Below, in pieces: positions 63,814 through 64,000 of a DNA stretch of 64,000 nucleotides. Source of the stretch: a virus. Location of the stretch: positions 14,981 through 78,980 of IMG/VR virus record IMGVR_UViG_3300046665_000193. One strand, given 5' to 3'. Under the pieces are notes generated by a model. That model ran no database searches, was not told where the DNA came from, and was given only the letters and a program-made list of their open reading frames with translations. Every line of letters starts with the position of its first letter. Positions within the stretch are counted from its first letter, which is position 1. The position numbers were made by a program, and so were the translations under genes.

Positions 63814-64000
63814 ATGACCGACACTGTTGTGTCCCGCACCGGCCAGAGCAACGCTACTGGCGATGCACTCGCTCTATTCCTCAAGGTGTTCTCGGGTGAA
63901 GTTCTCACCGAGTTCGAGCGCACCACGCTGTTCACCGACAAGCACTTCATCCGACAGATCACGTCGGGCAAGTCGGCGCAGTTCCCGCTGATCGGTAAGG
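63814..64000 (+). CDS. Major capsid protein, N-terminus (truncated by window)
   Basis: MTDTVVSRTGQ..ALFLKVFSGEV. Confidence 0.95.
   Translation, partial: MTDTVVSRTGQSNATGDALALFLKVFSGEVLTEFERTTLFTDKHFIRQITSGKSAQFPLIGK

Larger units (their letters stand above)
44834..64000 (+). mobile_element. Element D: second T7-like prophage (left part, continues beyond window)
   Basis: Starts at TTTAGGT-TCCCG with the same P' arm; syntenic with B but with sequence divergence and gene swaps. Confidence 0.93.

Noticed and set aside
44834-64000. Element D as an assembly duplicate of element B
   Set aside because: Pervasive synonymous divergence, indels and different gene content show a distinct phage, though long-read confirmation of adjacency is still desirable.

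Overview
The whole window is a head-to-tail array of integrated elements that share one recombination core (TTTAGGT, the anticodon loop of tRNA-Leu(TAG)). No ordinary host chromosome is visible. Element A (1-680) is the right end of a prophage: integrase C-terminus plus a full tRNA-Leu. Element B (674-43555, ~42.9 kb) is a complete, apparently intact T7-like (Autographiviridae-type) prophage, with RNA polymerase, replication, virion, lysis and packaging modules, then early genes, a MarR-like regulator, tyrosine integrase and full tRNA-Leu. Element C (43549-44840) is a 1.3-kb integrase-less cassette with the same core and arm motifs, its own divergent tRNA-Leu(TAG) and a frameshifted trypsin-like serine protease. 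Element D (44834->64000) is the left part of a related but distinct T7-like prophage. Each element whose right end is visible (A, B, C) carries a complete tRNA-Leu(TAG) with a rewritten anticodon stem instead of the usual tRNA 3' fragment, suggesting gene-splitting integration with a replacement tRNA. I also read out a candidate repressor operator, a candidate phage-RNAP promoter, a tRNA-like RNA with an elongated anticodon arm, a Tad2-like sponge, a gp0.7-like kinase and a stand-alone NAD-ligase Ia-like protein. A GC-rich alphaproteobacterial (Rhizobiales-like) host is inferred, not shown. All family assignments are from motif recognition; no searches were run.
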